In this document: in pieces, positions 1 through 10,053 of the stretch
Numbering within the stretch: the first letter of the stretch is position 1
How the letters are laid out: the number at the start of each line of letters is the position of its first letter
From: an uncultured Verrucomicrobiota bacterium
Lineage (GTDB): Bacteria; Verrucomicrobiota; Verrucomicrobiia; Limisphaerales; CAIQOK01
Direction: 5' to 3'
Assembly: GCA_903873415.1 (NCBI GenBank)
Contig: CAIQOK010000163.1
Location: forward strand, 11,985-75,984
Length of the DNA stretch: 64,000 bases
The notes under the pieces: generated by a model
Databases searched by the model: none
What the model was told of the DNA's origin: nothing
What the model saw: only the letters and a program-made list of their open reading frames with translations
Translations under genes and position numbers: made by a program

Positions 1-221
1 AACGCGTAGCTGACCGGGGGTTTGTCAGCCTGCCTCTGCAGGGCGTCAATAGCCCGGCCCATTTCAGCCAGTCTTTTGTCCTGGGCTTCTTTGGCGGCCA
101 CGAGGTCTTCAATGTGCGCGCTGAGTTTGTTAAGCCGCTCCTCGGTGGCGGCATCCTCCGCAGTCAGGGCAGCAGGGGCGGTGACCAGAGCGAGAGCGAG
201 GAAAGTGGCGATCCGTTTCAT
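1..221 (-). CDS. Partial CDS (N-terminal part; continues past the left window edge): secreted coiled-coil protein of unknown function
   Basis: Reverse complement from the ATG at 221-219 reads MKRIATFLALALVTAPAALTAEDAATEERLNKLSAHIEDLVAAKEAQDKRLAEMGRAIDALQRQADKPP with no stop before the edge. It has a signal-peptide-like N-terminus followed by a charged, heptad-like region. It is absent from the ORF track because it is open-ended. Confidence 0.45.
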   Translation of the reverse strand, partial: MKRIATFLALALVTAPAALTAEDAATEERLNKLSAHIEDLVAAKEAQDKRLAEMGRAIDALQRQADKPPVSYA

Positions 222-536
222 ATGCCGAACATAAAAACCCTGACTTGGGAGTTCAAGCGTCAATGTGTGGCTTGGGGGAGGCAAAGCGCTCCGCTTAATC
301 CTGCGAGCCTCAACTTTCGGCAAGGGGCTTGCTACTAATCGTTGATGATGAAAAAGAATCCAGCCCGGTCCGCATCGATTCGCCCCGAAACCAGAGGGTT
401 TCTTGCCGATCCGAGGGGAAATCGAAGGGGTTCGCGGATAATTGGTGGCTGTTCCAAGCCGTTGGGGTGGCTGACAGGCACGGTGCCGTTGGCTGTAATT
501 AGCCACCGCGACTAAAAAAGAACCCAGCACACCGCC

Positions 537-1976
537 ATGCTACACGATTACAAAAGGGAAATGTTTTTTGATGAAATGCTCGACGAGCGAGGTGCGGTGC
601 GGCCGCATTACGAGCAGTTCAGCCGCCTTTTTTCCTGCCTTTCCCCGGAGGAATTTGACAGCAAGCGCCAGGCTCTGGATCTGGCCTTTCTGCGCCAGGG
701 TGTGACTTTTAACGTCTATGGTGATTCTGCCGGGACGGAGAAGATTTTCCCGTTTGATCTTCTGCCGCGCATCATCCCGGCCAAGGAATGGGCCTTTCTG
801 GAACGTGGCTTGATTCAGCGCATCACGGCGCTGAATCTTTTTCTTCATGACATTTATCACGAGCAGAAAATCCTCAAGGACGGGGTGATTCCGCCATTTT
901 ATGTGTTGTCGGGAAGGCATTTCCGGCGGGAATTTGTGGGTTTCAACGTCCCGCGAGACATTTACATTCACATCTGCGGCACCGACCTGATTCGCGGTGC
1001 GGACGGCCAATACATGGTTTTGGAGGATAACGGCCGATGCCCCAGCGGTGTGAGCTACGTGTTGGAAAACCGGCGGGCCATGAAGCGCAGTTTCCCGGGC
1101 ATGTTTGAAGGGGTGGGTGTGCGGCCGGTGGAGGATTATCCCCGCGAGTTGCTGCGGATGCTCGAATACATCGCTCCGGCCGGGGTTTCCGATCCGACCG
1201 TGGTGCTGCTCACGCCCGGGCCTTACAACTCGGCGTATTTCGAGCACACCTACCTGGCCCGTCAGATGGGCATTGAAATTGTCGAGGGCCGGGATCTGGT
1301 CGTGCGCGATGCCCGGGTCTTTATGCGCACGACCAAAGGGCTCAAGGCCGTGCATGTCATTTACCGGCGGGTGGATGATGATTTTCTGGATCCCACGGTT
1401 TTCCGCCGTGACTCCATGCTCGGGGTGCCCGGTCTGGTCAATGCCTATCGTTCCGGCAATGTTTCCCTGAGCAACTCCATTGGCACCGGCATTGCCGACG
1501 ACAAAGTCATGTATTATTTCGTGCCGCGCATGATCAAGTATTATCTGGATCAGGAACCTCTCATCCCCAATGTGCCGACCTATCTGGCCAGCGAGGAGGC
1601 GGATCTGAAATACATCCTGGAAAATCTGGAGCGGTTGGTGGTCAAGGCCGCCAATGAATCCGGCGGTTACGGCATGCTGATGGGGCCCAAAGCGACCCGG
1701 GCTGAAATCGAGGCTTTCCGGGAGAAGATCATCGAGGATCCCCGCAATTATATCGCGCAGCCTATGATTTCCCTGTCGCGTCATCCGACCCACATTGAGG
1801 GGGGGGTGTTTGAAGGCCGGCACGTTGATTTAAGGCCTTACATCATTTACGGGGAGAAGACGGTCATAGTTCCGGGCGGACTGACCCGCGTTGCGCTGCG
1901 CAAGGGCTCGCTGGTGGTCAATTCTTCCCAGGGGGGTGGAAGCAAGGACACATGGGTTTTGTATGGGGATGAATAA
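537..1976 (+). CDS. Circularly permuted ATP-grasp protein (type 2; COG2308/DUF404-DUF407-like amidoligase)
   Basis: 479-aa ORF. The N-terminus ...[18 protein letters not shown]... and the blocks [57 protein letters not shown] and GGGSKDTWV are as I remember them for this family. An Alpha-E gene follows. Confidence 0.85.
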   Translation: MLHDYKREMFFDEMLDERGAVRPHYEQFSRLFSCLSPEEFDSKRQALDLAFLRQGVTFNVYGDSAGTEKIFPFDLLPRIIPAKEWAFLERGLIQRITALNLFLHDIYHEQKILKDGVIPPFYVLSGRHFRREFVGFNVPRDIYIHICGTDLIRGADGQYMVLEDNGRCPSGVSYVLENRRAMKRSFPGMFEGVGVRPVEDYPRELLRMLEYIAPAGVSDPTVVLLTPGPYNSAYFEHTYLARQMGIEIVEGRDLVVRDARVFMRTTKGLKAVHVIYRRVDDDFLDPTVFRRDSMLGVPGLVNAYRSGNVSLSNSIGTGIADDKVMYYFVPRMIKYYLDQEPLIPNVPTYLASEEADLKYILENLERLVVKAANESGGYGMLMGPKATRAEIEAFREKIIEDPRNYIAQPMISLSRHPTHIEGGVFEGRHVDLRPYIIYGEKTVIVPGGLTRVALRKGSLVVNSSQGGGSKDTWVLYGDE

Positions 1977-2050
1977 ATATTGTCGTGCCTGCGCAGGATC
2001 AACCGGTGACCGCAGGAGCCTGAGCGCAAAATCCGAAGCTTTGAAAAAAA

Positions 2051-3091
2051 ATGTTAAGCCGCGTTGCTAATTCGCTTTACTGGATGGCCCGCTATATCGA
2101 GCGTGCCGAGAACATCGCGCGGATTGTGGATGTGAACCTGCAATTGCTTTTGGACCTGCGCGATCTTGATGAGAAACGCGTGGCGGAGCATTGGCTGCCT
2201 ATTGTGCAGGCGACCGGCGACGAGGAGCAGTTTTTTCAGCGCCACGCCCAGGCCACCGCCCAAGCTGTGACGGAATTCCTAGTGTTTCAGCTGGAAAACC
2301 CTAATTCCATCGTCACCTCAATCTGTCAGGCACGGGAAAACGCCAGGATGGTGCGTGACCAAATCACCGTGGAATTGTGGGAGGAATTGAACCGGCTGTA
2401 TTGGTTTGTGCGCACGCCTCAGGCGCTGGCGGTTTGGAAGGAGAGCCCCAGCGACTTTTTTCAGCAGATCAAAGCCAGCTCGATGCAGATCATGGGGTTG
2501 ACCTATGCAACCCTCATTCGCAATGAGGGTTGGTGGTTCACCCAGGCGGGCAAGTTGATCGAGCGGGGGGACAAGACCTCTCGGATACTGGATTTACGGT
2601 TCCACACCTTGCCGGAGCGGGGGCTGCCTAAAAGTGTCAGCGAGACGGATGCCTTGGCCTGGTCAGCCATTCTGCGGTCATGCAGCGCTTGGGATGCCTA
2701 TAAATCCCTTCGCGGCGCGGAGGTTAACCCGCGTTTGGTTGCGGAATTCCTGCTGCTTAACGCGGATTTCCCCCGGTCCGTGAGGTTTTGTGTCAACGAA
2801 CTCAATCGGGCTCTGCGCCACATTTCCGGCGTGTCTGAGGGACGGTTTTGCAACGAGGCTGAAAAACTCGCCGGCCGTCTGGTGGCCGAGCTGCAGTTCA
2901 CCACCATTGAGGAGGTTTTTGATCAGGGCTTGCATATCTATCTGGACCAGTTGCAGGGAAAGTTCAACCGCATCGGCGATGCTTTGTTCCAAGCGTATAT
3001 TTTCCAGAAGTTCAGCAACATCGAGGACGAAATCATGGTCCAGCAGGAGGAACAGCAGCAACAGGAGCTGCGAAAAATCAGCTTGTTCTGA
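2051..3091 (+). CDS. Alpha-E domain protein (COG2307/DUF403-like), partner of the preceding ATP-grasp
   Basis: 346-aa ORF starting MLSRVANSLYWMARYIERAENIARIVDVN, the characteristic Alpha-E N-terminus. It lies 74 nt downstream of the ATP-grasp gene. Confidence 0.85.
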   Translation: MLSRVANSLYWMARYIERAENIARIVDVNLQLLLDLRDLDEKRVAEHWLPIVQATGDEEQFFQRHAQATAQAVTEFLVFQLENPNSIVTSICQARENARMVRDQITVELWEELNRLYWFVRTPQALAVWKESPSDFFQQIKASSMQIMGLTYATLIRNEGWWFTQAGKLIERGDKTSRILDLRFHTLPERGLPKSVSETDALAWSAILRSCSAWDAYKSLRGAEVNPRLVAEFLLLNADFPRSVRFCVNELNRALRHISGVSEGRFCNEAEKLAGRLVAELQFTTIEEVFDQGLHIYLDQLQGKFNRIGDALFQAYIFQKFSNIEDEIMVQQEEQQQQELRKISLF

Positions 3092-3120
3092 CTCCAACTG
3101 GTGCCACCTTTTAAACCAAC

Positions 3121-6100
3121 ATGCAGACCACTGTTACACCCCGTTCAGCCTTGGTTCCGGCCCATTTAAAAGCGTATATCAACATCAAGCTGGCGCTGCT
3201 GGGTTGCCAGGCCGTGCCATCGCAGGACAGCGAGGCATTCGCTGACATTATTTCGTCGTTGATTGCCCAGTGCAAGGAGAAGGAACGACTGTTGGCCAAT
3301 CACCTCTGCCCGGCCGACCGCCGTATCCAGTCGTTTCTCTACGACTATCTGCAGGAACTTCCGGTGGCTAAGCTCCCTCTTCAGACTTTCACGCTGGATC
3401 GGGAGGGGATGGCGCGCGTGCTCTCGCTGCCGGTGGACCGGGATGAATTTGTTTCGGACATTTGCAGTTCCTACCGTGTTGCGCAGGGTGTGCTCCATAA
3501 TCCCCGGAGTGATCGGCGCACGACGCAGGGCATTTTTCATATTGCGGAAGGCGGTCTGCCCATCCCGGCCGATAAAATCAGCGTGCCCAAGGCGGTCTTT
3601 GGCAGGATGCTGGGGTTTGCCCTCACTCCGCCCCGCTCTTTGCTGGGCCTGCCTTTCACCGCCACGCAGCCCCAAACAGCCGAGTGTTTTGTTTCGCTGC
3701 TGCTGCGTCCGGTGGTTTGTCCGGCGGTGCCGGGATTTACTCCCCAGAAAACCATGGAGATCCGGTTCTTTGCACCCGGAAATCTGGTGAGCAATCTGGA
3801 TTTCGTGGAAAGTATTTTCGGCAACGCCGGCGATCCTGGCCTTCCGGAAAACGACGCCGGACTGGATCCGGAGCACTGGAGCGGCCACACGGGCTGTGTC
3901 ATTCTTGCGCCCCATCTGACCGGGATCACCAAGAGGGATGGCGGGCTGCCGCATTGGGATGCCGCCACTGAGCGTCAGCGCCGCGACGGCATGTGCTGGC
4001 GCGACGAGGCCGAACTTTACAATGGCGGTCAGGCCTTCAAGCTCACCTGTCGCGACGAGTCGGGAGTGATAGTGACCCTGATTGCAGACAATTATTTCGG
4101 CTACTGCAAGAAGGAGGTCAAAACCCAGATCAGCTACGCTGCCAACCTCTTCGGATTATGCGAGGAGGAGCACGCAGGCGGGGCCCTGGTTTTCCCCGGT
4201 TACGACTTGGGCGAGGAATTCAGCGGCAATGTGCATGTCAAGCCGATGGGCCACTCGTATGCCGAGATGACCGAGCTCTTCGGCGAGCTTCTGACGCCGA
4301 TGCCGGAGGGGTTCGCGGTGGATAAAAAACACCCGGATATTATCTACGTGCCTGAGGACGCCCGCTTCGACCTGCACAAGCAGAGGGTGTTTTGGTCTGG
4401 CGCCGAATCGGAGCATTCCATCCGGCTGCAACCCGGGAACACTTATGTGCGCCCTTCGGGGTATCAGGTTCAAATGGAAAAGCCCGGACCCAATCGCGGG
4501 TGGCGTCTGGTGGGGGTGGCGGCCGAGGGCGCTTTTTGCCACAAACCCTGCACTGTTTCTGGCGGCGGCAAGTCGGAGATTTCCAAGCCGATCAGCGACG
4601 CCATTCTCACCGGCCCGGTTTTCATTGCCGACTTCAAAAAAGATTTCGACCAGGTCGCTCATCTTATTCAGCGCGATTATAGTGGCCGATTCAAGGATCC
4701 AGCCCGGACCGACACCCGGGCCATTTTGAGCGCAGAACGATCGCTGGGTTCTGTGATCAAGCTGCTCACCCCGGACGAGCGCGATTATCTGCCGGAGTAC
4801 AACGACTGGCTTGAGGCGGTGCCGCAATACCTCAAGGAACTGGTCTTTGTGGTTAAACGCTATTACAAGCCCGAGTGGGCCGGCGACTGGCGGGAGCATT
4901 TCAGTGTTGATATTATCAACGGCAAGCCCGCAAACGAACTGAAGTGTGATAATCGCAAGCTGGTGACCACCTGTCTGAGGGTCGGATTTGACACTGACGG
5001 ATCGTGGCGAACCTTCGGCTTGCGCAAGGATTTTTATCCCGCCGTCAAAATCCAGATGGAAGACGACATCACCGCCTCGGTGCTCGTGCCCCGGGACCGG
5101 CTCAAACACCTTTCGGACGAGGATTGCGCTCCGACCCTCAAGTTTGTTCAGAACTGCGAGCGGCGTTTGTTTCAGCGTCCGGATGACGCGATTCATCGCG
5201 GATATGACAAGCAGGCGGAGGCGGATTTTGCGCGTCCTGATAATTTCTTTTCGAATTACCAGCCGCTGAACCGGAACCAGGCTCGCGAACTGATGGATGA
5301 GGCGATTGGCTTCTATCAATTCACCGAGCCGATGCAGGCTTTGATCCGCCAAGTGGCCGAATCAACCTCTCCGGGTTTTCTCGTGTCTTCCGCGCATCCG
5401 CGGTTGGTGGAGGGCAAACCCAGTAAGAACCCCCGTTACCTGCAGACCCGGCCCGATCTGGTCCAGCCCCGGGCTAGTTATCTTGCCTCCATGTCGGCGC
5501 GCCTGCGCCGGCGTGTGCCCGTTGGTCAGCCCGTTTACACGCCGGTCACTGCTGTTCTCCCGGGGCGCCGTAATAATCCGGCCGAGCCGGGGATCCGTTC
5601 GTTGGCGGTTTTCAATCCCATTCATTATCTTGAACTGCCCGAGCTCTTTATGGAGTTCATTTGCAGCATGACGGGAAAGTCACCCTCAACCACCGGAGCG
5701 GGTTCCGAGGGGGCTTTGACCAAGGGGCCCTTCAATGCCTTGCCCCCTATCATTGATCTGAACAACGCCCTGGTTTCCTGGATTCTGACCGGGCACCATG
5801 GCTTTGTGACAGCCGCCGGCTGCGTGGGACCCAAGTTCCGCGTGGATCATGATGTCAGCCTTCTGGTGCCGGAAGTCTGGTGCCGCATGACGCCGGCCGA
5901 ACGCGACCCTGCGTTTCTCATCGCCAACCACTATCTGGATCGATGCGAGGATTATTTCCACGGGGGGAAACCTGTTTACGCCAGCCGTCTGGGCTATAGG
6001 ATCAACGCCCACTTCAGCCACGCGTTCTTCGGCCGTGTCTTCAACCATCCCCACGCCGTGTTTAGCGAGGAAATGCTCCGGCCGGAGCTGCAGGATCCCG

Positions 6101-6543
6101 AGGAGTTTGCCGATGGGGTTGACAATATCGTGGCCACGCAGCGGCGTGTCTCCGCGCTGTATTTTTCGGATGGCAGCATCAACCAAGCTTGTCCGCCTTT
6201 GCGGGCCCTGCTCCACATCATGCTTCATGATTCCTGGGAGGGGCGCTCAATCCAGCATCCCGAAGTGCGGAGCCTCTTTAGCCGGGAACAACTCATGGCC
6301 AGCGACTGGTATGCCGCCCGTCTGGCGGCGCGGCAGGAAATCGACCGGGCCCAGTGGAAAGGGCATGTCGAGTATCTTGAAAAATTCCTCAAGCGCGCCA
6401 GTCATGCCGAAGAAGCGGCACACCTCGGTCTGCCTGATCGATTGGTCCGAGCGCGGCATATGTTGGAAAAGACCTGGGCGGCAGACTATCTCCAAAACAT
6501 CGCCGGGACTTTGGGGGCGGAACCGGTTGGCTCCTATCTTTAA
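3121..6543 (+). CDS. Large (1140-aa) conserved-looking protein. Candidate PPi-dependent phosphoenolpyruvate carboxykinase (PPi-PEPCK-like); function not established
   Basis: Uninterrupted 3.4 kb ORF with gaps of 29 nt and 11 nt to its neighbours. PEPCK-like motifs occur in the canonical order: NPRSDRR (aa 127-133), YFGYCKKEVK (aa 325-334), EEH 20 residues after the KK pair (aa 349-351), and the P-loop-like SGGGKSE (aa 480-486, nt 4558-4578). The length matches the ~1100-1150-aa PPi-PEPCK class. The confidence value refers to the functional call; that this is a real CDS is about 0.9. Confidence 0.45.
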   Translation: MQTTVTPRSALVPAHLKAYINIKLALLGCQAVPSQDSEAFADIISSLIAQCKEKERLLANHLCPADRRIQSFLYDYLQELPVAKLPLQTFTLDREGMARVLSLPVDRDEFVSDICSSYRVAQGVLHNPRSDRRTTQGIFHIAEGGLPIPADKISVPKAVFGRMLGFALTPPRSLLGLPFTATQPQTAECFVSLLLRPVVCPAVPGFTPQKTMEIRFFAPGNLVSNLDFVESIFGNAGDPGLPENDAGLDPEHWSGHTGCVILAPHLTGITKRDGGLPHWDAATERQRRDGMCWRDEAELYNGGQAFKLTCRDESGVIVTLIADNYFGYCKKEVKTQISYAANLFGLCEEEHAGGALVFPGYDLGEEFSGNVHVKPMGHSYAEMTELFGELLTPMPEGFAVDKKHPDIIYVPEDARFDLHKQRVFWSGAESEHSIRLQPGNTYVRPSGYQVQMEKPGPNRGWRLVGVAAEGAFCHKPCTVSGGGKSEISKPISDAILTGPVFIADFKKDFDQVAHLIQRDYSGRFKDPARTDTRAILSAERSLGSVIKLLTPDERDYLPEYNDWLEAVPQYLKELVFVVKRYYKPEWAGDWREHFSVDIINGKPANELKCDNRKLVTTCLRVGFDTDGSWRTFGLRKDFYPAVKIQMEDDITASVLVPRDRLKHLSDEDCAPTLKFVQNCERRLFQRPDDAIHRGYDKQAEADFARPDNFFSNYQPLNRNQARELMDEAIGFYQFTEPMQALIRQVAESTSPGFLVSSAHPRLVEGKPSKNPRYLQTRPDLVQPRASYLASMSARLRRRVPVGQPVYTPVTAVLPGRRNNPAEPGIRSLAVFNPIHYLELPELFMEFICSMTGKSPSTTGAGSEGALTKGPFNALPPIIDLNNALVSWILTGHHGFVTAAGCVGPKFRVDHDVSLLVPEVWCRMTPAERDPAFLIANHYLDRCEDYFHGGKPVYASRLGYRINAHFSHAFFGRVFNHPHAVFSEEMLRPELQDPEEFADGVDNIVATQRRVSALYFSDGSINQACPPLRALLHIMLHDSWEGRSIQHPEVRSLFSREQLMASDWYAARLAARQEIDRAQWKGHVEYLEKFLKRASHAEEAAHLGLPDRLVRARHMLEKTWAADYLQNIAGTLGAEPVGSYL

Positions 6544-6554
6544 GTCAAGTAACC

Positions 6555-9500
6555 ATGTCCATTCACGTCGCGCTACATCACAAGACACATTACAAGTACG
6601 ACCGGCTTGTCACTCTCGGGCCCCAAGTTGTGCGCCTGCGTCCCGCTCCCCATTCGCGGACCCGGATCCTGAGTTATTCCCTGAAAATCCGGCCGGAAAA
6701 GCATTTTATCAACTGGCAGCAGGATCCCCAGTCGAACTATGCCGCGCGGCTGGTTTTCGAGCGGCCGACCCGCGAATTTCTGGTGGAAGTGGACTTGGTC
6801 GCGGAGATGGCGGTTCTCAACCCGTTCGATTTTTTCCTGGAGCCGCAGGCCCGGAAATTCCCTTTCGCCTACGACCCGGCGATGGACCACGAGCTGGCGC
6901 CTTTCCAGCGCAAATGCTGGCTCACTCCCCAGTTTGCGAAGTATCTCACCGTCTTGAGGCGCGATTTGATTGGCGAGTTGAAACGACGCACCAAGCAGCA
7001 GCGACTGGAGATGCCCGAGAGCGAAAAGCTGCCCACCAACGACTTCATCGTGGCCATCAATCAGCGGCTCTGGAAAGACATCCAATACACCATCCGGCTT
7101 GAACCCGGTGTTCAGGCGCCGGAAGAAACCCTCACCAGAATGAGCGGATCCTGCCGCGATTCGGCCTGGCTGCTCGTCCAGTTGTTACGCCATTTCGGCC
7201 TGGCTGCCCGCTTTGTCAGCGGATATCTGATCCAGCTCAAGGCGGATGTGAAATCGCTTGATGGTCCCAGTGGCGCGGAAAAGGATTTCACCGATCTTCA
7301 CGCCTGGACCGAGGTTTATCTGCCCGGAGCCGGGTGGATTGGTCTTGATCCCACCTCGGGCCTGCTGGCTGGTGAGGGGCATATTCCGCTGGCCTGCACG
7401 CCCGAGCCTTCCAGCGCCGCGCCCATCAGCGGAGGTGTGGATGAATGTGAAACCCAGTTCGGCTTCGACATGACCGTTGCGCGGGTGCATGAGTCTCCTC
7501 GTGTTACCAAGCCTTACACCGAGGAGCAGTGGGTGGAGATCGAGAAGCTTGGCCATGCGATTGACGCTGATCTGGTGCGGAATGACGTGCGGCTCACCAT
7601 GGGCGGCGAGCCCACTTTTGTTTCCTTGGACGATCCCGACGGTCCCGAGTGGAATTTCACCGCGATGTCGCGGCACAAGCGGATCCTTTCCGGGGAGCTG
7701 ATCCGCCGGCTTAGGAACAAGTTTGCTCCGGGGGCTTTGCTTCATTACGGGCAGGGCAAATGGTATCCGGGCGAACCTCTGCCGCGCTACGCCCTGGCCG
7801 CCTATTGGCGGAAGGACGGAGTTCCGGTCTGGAAAGATGAGTCGCTTATCGCTGACGAGTCCGAAAACTATGGTCACGGCCCGAAGGAGGCTAAGGAGCT
7901 GGCCTCCCGCATTGCGAAGAAGCTCGGTGCCGATTCCACCCATCTCATTCCGGCCTACGAAGATGCCTTCTATTACTCTTGGAAGGAGCGTCGGTTCCCC
8001 TCCAATGTTTCCCCGGAAAAATCGAACCTTAAGGACAGGCAGGAACGGGACCGGATTGCCAGAATTTTTCAACAGGGGCTTGGCTCGGTGGTGGGCTACA
8101 CCCTTCCTATCCAGCGTGTCAGGCAGGGGGGGCAAGATGGCTGGGTTTCGGGCCGGTGGTTTCTGCGCGATGACAACACGCTGTGGTTGATTCCCGGTGA
8201 TTCAGCAATGGGGCTGCGCCTGCCGCTTGATTCCATCCCATGGGTTTCAGAGAAAGAGTATCCTTGGGTGCGACAACAGGATCCTTCCCAGCCGGATCTC
8301 CCGCAGTTGCCCCGGGGGTTCCCCTACCGCACCAGCCCGGAATCAAGCGGTCAGCGGTTCCTCAGCGGTGCGCCGGCACCAAGGCCCCCGGGCTTCGGTC
8401 CCGGTCAAGCAGCCCGAAAACCCGCCGCGCCCGAAAACCAGTTTTCCAAGTTTGAGGCCGACCCCAACCGTTGTCCGGCACCGGGAGAGAGCGCGCCATG
8501 GATCATCCGCACCGCGTTGTGCGTGGAACCGCGCGAGGGAAGGCTTCACATCTTCATGCCGCCTGTGGAAAAGGCGGAGGATTATCTGGACCTCATCGCC
8601 GGGATCGAGGCGAGCGCTGCGGAGATCGGGTTGCCGGTGGTCATTGAGGGGGAAACCCCGCCCAAGGATCCGCGTCTGAACAAACTCGCCGTCACCCCCG
8701 ATCCGGGCGTCATCGAGGTGAACATGCATCCCAGCAAGTCCTGGGGTGAGTTGGTGGAGTGGACGACCGTGCTTTATGAGGAGGCGCGGCAGACGCGTTT
8801 GGGCACGGAGAAATTCATGGTGGATGGACGCCACACCGGCACCGGCGGAGGCAATCATATCATTATCGGAGGGGAAACTCCGGTCGACTCCCCTGTCTTG
8901 CGCCGGCCCGACCTGCTGCGCTCTCTGCTGACCTACTGGCAGAATCACCCCTCCTTGAGCTGGCTATTCAGCGGACTGTTTATCGGTCCGACTTCCCAAG
9001 CCCCGCGCATGGACGAGGCCCGCAATGATTCGCTTTACGAATTGGAGTTGGCTTTCAAGGAAATGGACAAGCAGGCCGGTGCCCAAGTGCCGCCGCCGCC
9101 CTGGCTGGTTGACCGTTTGTTCCGCAATCTGCTGGTGGACTCGAGCGGCAACACCCATCGCGCCGAGTTCAGCATCGACAAATTATTCGCGCCCGAGAGC
9201 AGCACCGGTCGTCTTGGCTTGGTGGAGATGAGGGCTTTTGAAATGCCCCCTGATGCCCGCATGAGTTTGGCGCAGCATCTTCTTCTGCGCGGCCTGGTTT
9301 CCAAGTTCTGGAAGGAACCCTACACCAACCGTTTGATCCGTTGGGGCAGCGCCATTCATGATCGATGGATGCTGCCGCATTTTTGCGAAACCGATTTCAC
9401 GGACGTGATCGAGGACCTGCGCAAATCCGGCTACGGGTTTGAGCGGAAATGGTTCGACCCTCATTTTGAATTCCGGTTTCCGCGGATCGGGGATCTGGCG

Positions 9501-10016
9501 CTGCGGGATTTGCACGTTGAGCTTCGCACGGCTTTGGAGCCCTGGCACGTTTTGGGGGAGGAGCCGGGCGGCGGCGGGACCGTGCGCTATGTGGACAGCT
9601 CCGTGGAACGGCTGCAGATCAAGGCCCGCGGTCTGGCGGATGACCGGTTTGCCATCACCTGCAACGGGCATCGGGTGCCTTTGCACCCCACCGGTGTTAA
9701 TGGAGAGGGTGTGGCCGGCGTTCGCTATCGTGCCTGGCAGCCGCCGGTCTGCCTGCAGCCCACCATCAAATCCCATGCCCCGCTGCGCTTTGATCTCTAC
9801 GACACGTGGAACGGGCGTTCGCTGGGCGGGTGCACCTACCATGTGGCGCATCCGGGGGGGCGCAGCTATGACTCTTTTCCCGTGAACAGTTATGAGGCGG
9901 AGAGCCGCAGGTTAGCCCGTTTTTTCCGGCATGGCCATCAGCAGGGCCGTTTTCAACCAACGCCTGAAATCCCCAATGCAGACTTTCCTTTCACTCTGGA
10001 TTTGCGCATTCTTTGA
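6555..10016 (+). CDS. Large transglutaminase-family protein (Bact_transglu_N + transglutaminase core + long DUF2126-like C-terminal region)
   Basis: 1153-aa ORF. The N-terminus MSIHVALHHKTHYKYDRLV...VVRLRPAPH is typical of the bacterial transglutaminase N-domain. The core reads GSCRDSAWLLVQLLRHFGLAARFVSGY...LHAWTEVYLPGAGWIGLDPTS, so the Cys/His/Asp context is intact. About 800 further residues follow, as in the ~1100-aa DUF2126 proteins. Confidence 0.85.
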   Translation: MSIHVALHHKTHYKYDRLVTLGPQVVRLRPAPHSRTRILSYSLKIRPEKHFINWQQDPQSNYAARLVFERPTREFLVEVDLVAEMAVLNPFDFFLEPQARKFPFAYDPAMDHELAPFQRKCWLTPQFAKYLTVLRRDLIGELKRRTKQQRLEMPESEKLPTNDFIVAINQRLWKDIQYTIRLEPGVQAPEETLTRMSGSCRDSAWLLVQLLRHFGLAARFVSGYLIQLKADVKSLDGPSGAEKDFTDLHAWTEVYLPGAGWIGLDPTSGLLAGEGHIPLACTPEPSSAAPISGGVDECETQFGFDMTVARVHESPRVTKPYTEEQWVEIEKLGHAIDADLVRNDVRLTMGGEPTFVSLDDPDGPEWNFTAMSRHKRILSGELIRRLRNKFAPGALLHYGQGKWYPGEPLPRYALAAYWRKDGVPVWKDESLIADESENYGHGPKEAKELASRIAKKLGADSTHLIPAYEDAFYYSWKERRFPSNVSPEKSNLKDRQERDRIARIFQQGLGSVVGYTLPIQRVRQGGQDGWVSGRWFLRDDNTLWLIPGDSAMGLRLPLDSIPWVSEKEYPWVRQQDPSQPDLPQLPRGFPYRTSPESSGQRFLSGAPAPRPPGFGPGQAARKPAAPENQFSKFEADPNRCPAPGESAPWIIRTALCVEPREGRLHIFMPPVEKAEDYLDLIAGIEASAAEIGLPVVIEGETPPKDPRLNKLAVTPDPGVIEVNMHPSKSWGELVEWTTVLYEEARQTRLGTEKFMVDGRHTGTGGGNHIIIGGETPVDSPVLRRPDLLRSLLTYWQNHPSLSWLFSGLFIGPTSQAPRMDEARNDSLYELELAFKEMDKQAGAQVPPPPWLVDRLFRNLLVDSSGNTHRAEFSIDKLFAPESSTGRLGLVEMRAFEMPPDARMSLAQHLLLRGLVSKFWKEPYTNRLIRWGSAIHDRWMLPHFCETDFTDVIEDLRKSGYGFERKWFDPHFEFRFPRIGDLALRDLHVELRTALEPWHVLGEEPGGGGTVRYVDSSVERLQIKARGLADDRFAITCNGHRVPLHPTGVNGEGVAGVRYRAWQPPVCLQPTIKSHAPLRFDLYDTWNGRSLGGCTYHVAHPGGRSYDSFPVNSYEAESRRLARFFRHGHQQGRFQPTPEIPNADFPFTLDLRIL

Positions 10017-10053
10017 ATCTGATAAGCAGACCGAATGATTTAATCCGTTCCCT

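Noticed and set aside
470-500. A sigma-54-like GGCACG...TTGG element upstream of the ATP-grasp operon.
   Set aside because: The spacing between the GG and GC elements is 2 nt too long and the -12 element is TTGG rather than TTGC, so this is probably chance in GC-rich DNA.
540-1823. 427-aa ORF antisense to the ATP-grasp gene. Similar long antisense ORFs occur at 4156-5352, 10918-12597, 19515-20834, 26753-27856, 30440-31546, 42843-44012, 47060-47995 and 56700-58166.
   Set aside because: Each lies entirely inside, and opposite to, a gene with clear family motifs. Their translations are low-complexity and Arg/Gly/Pro/Ala-rich with no recognisable motifs. Long stop-free antisense frames are expected in GC-rich DNA.
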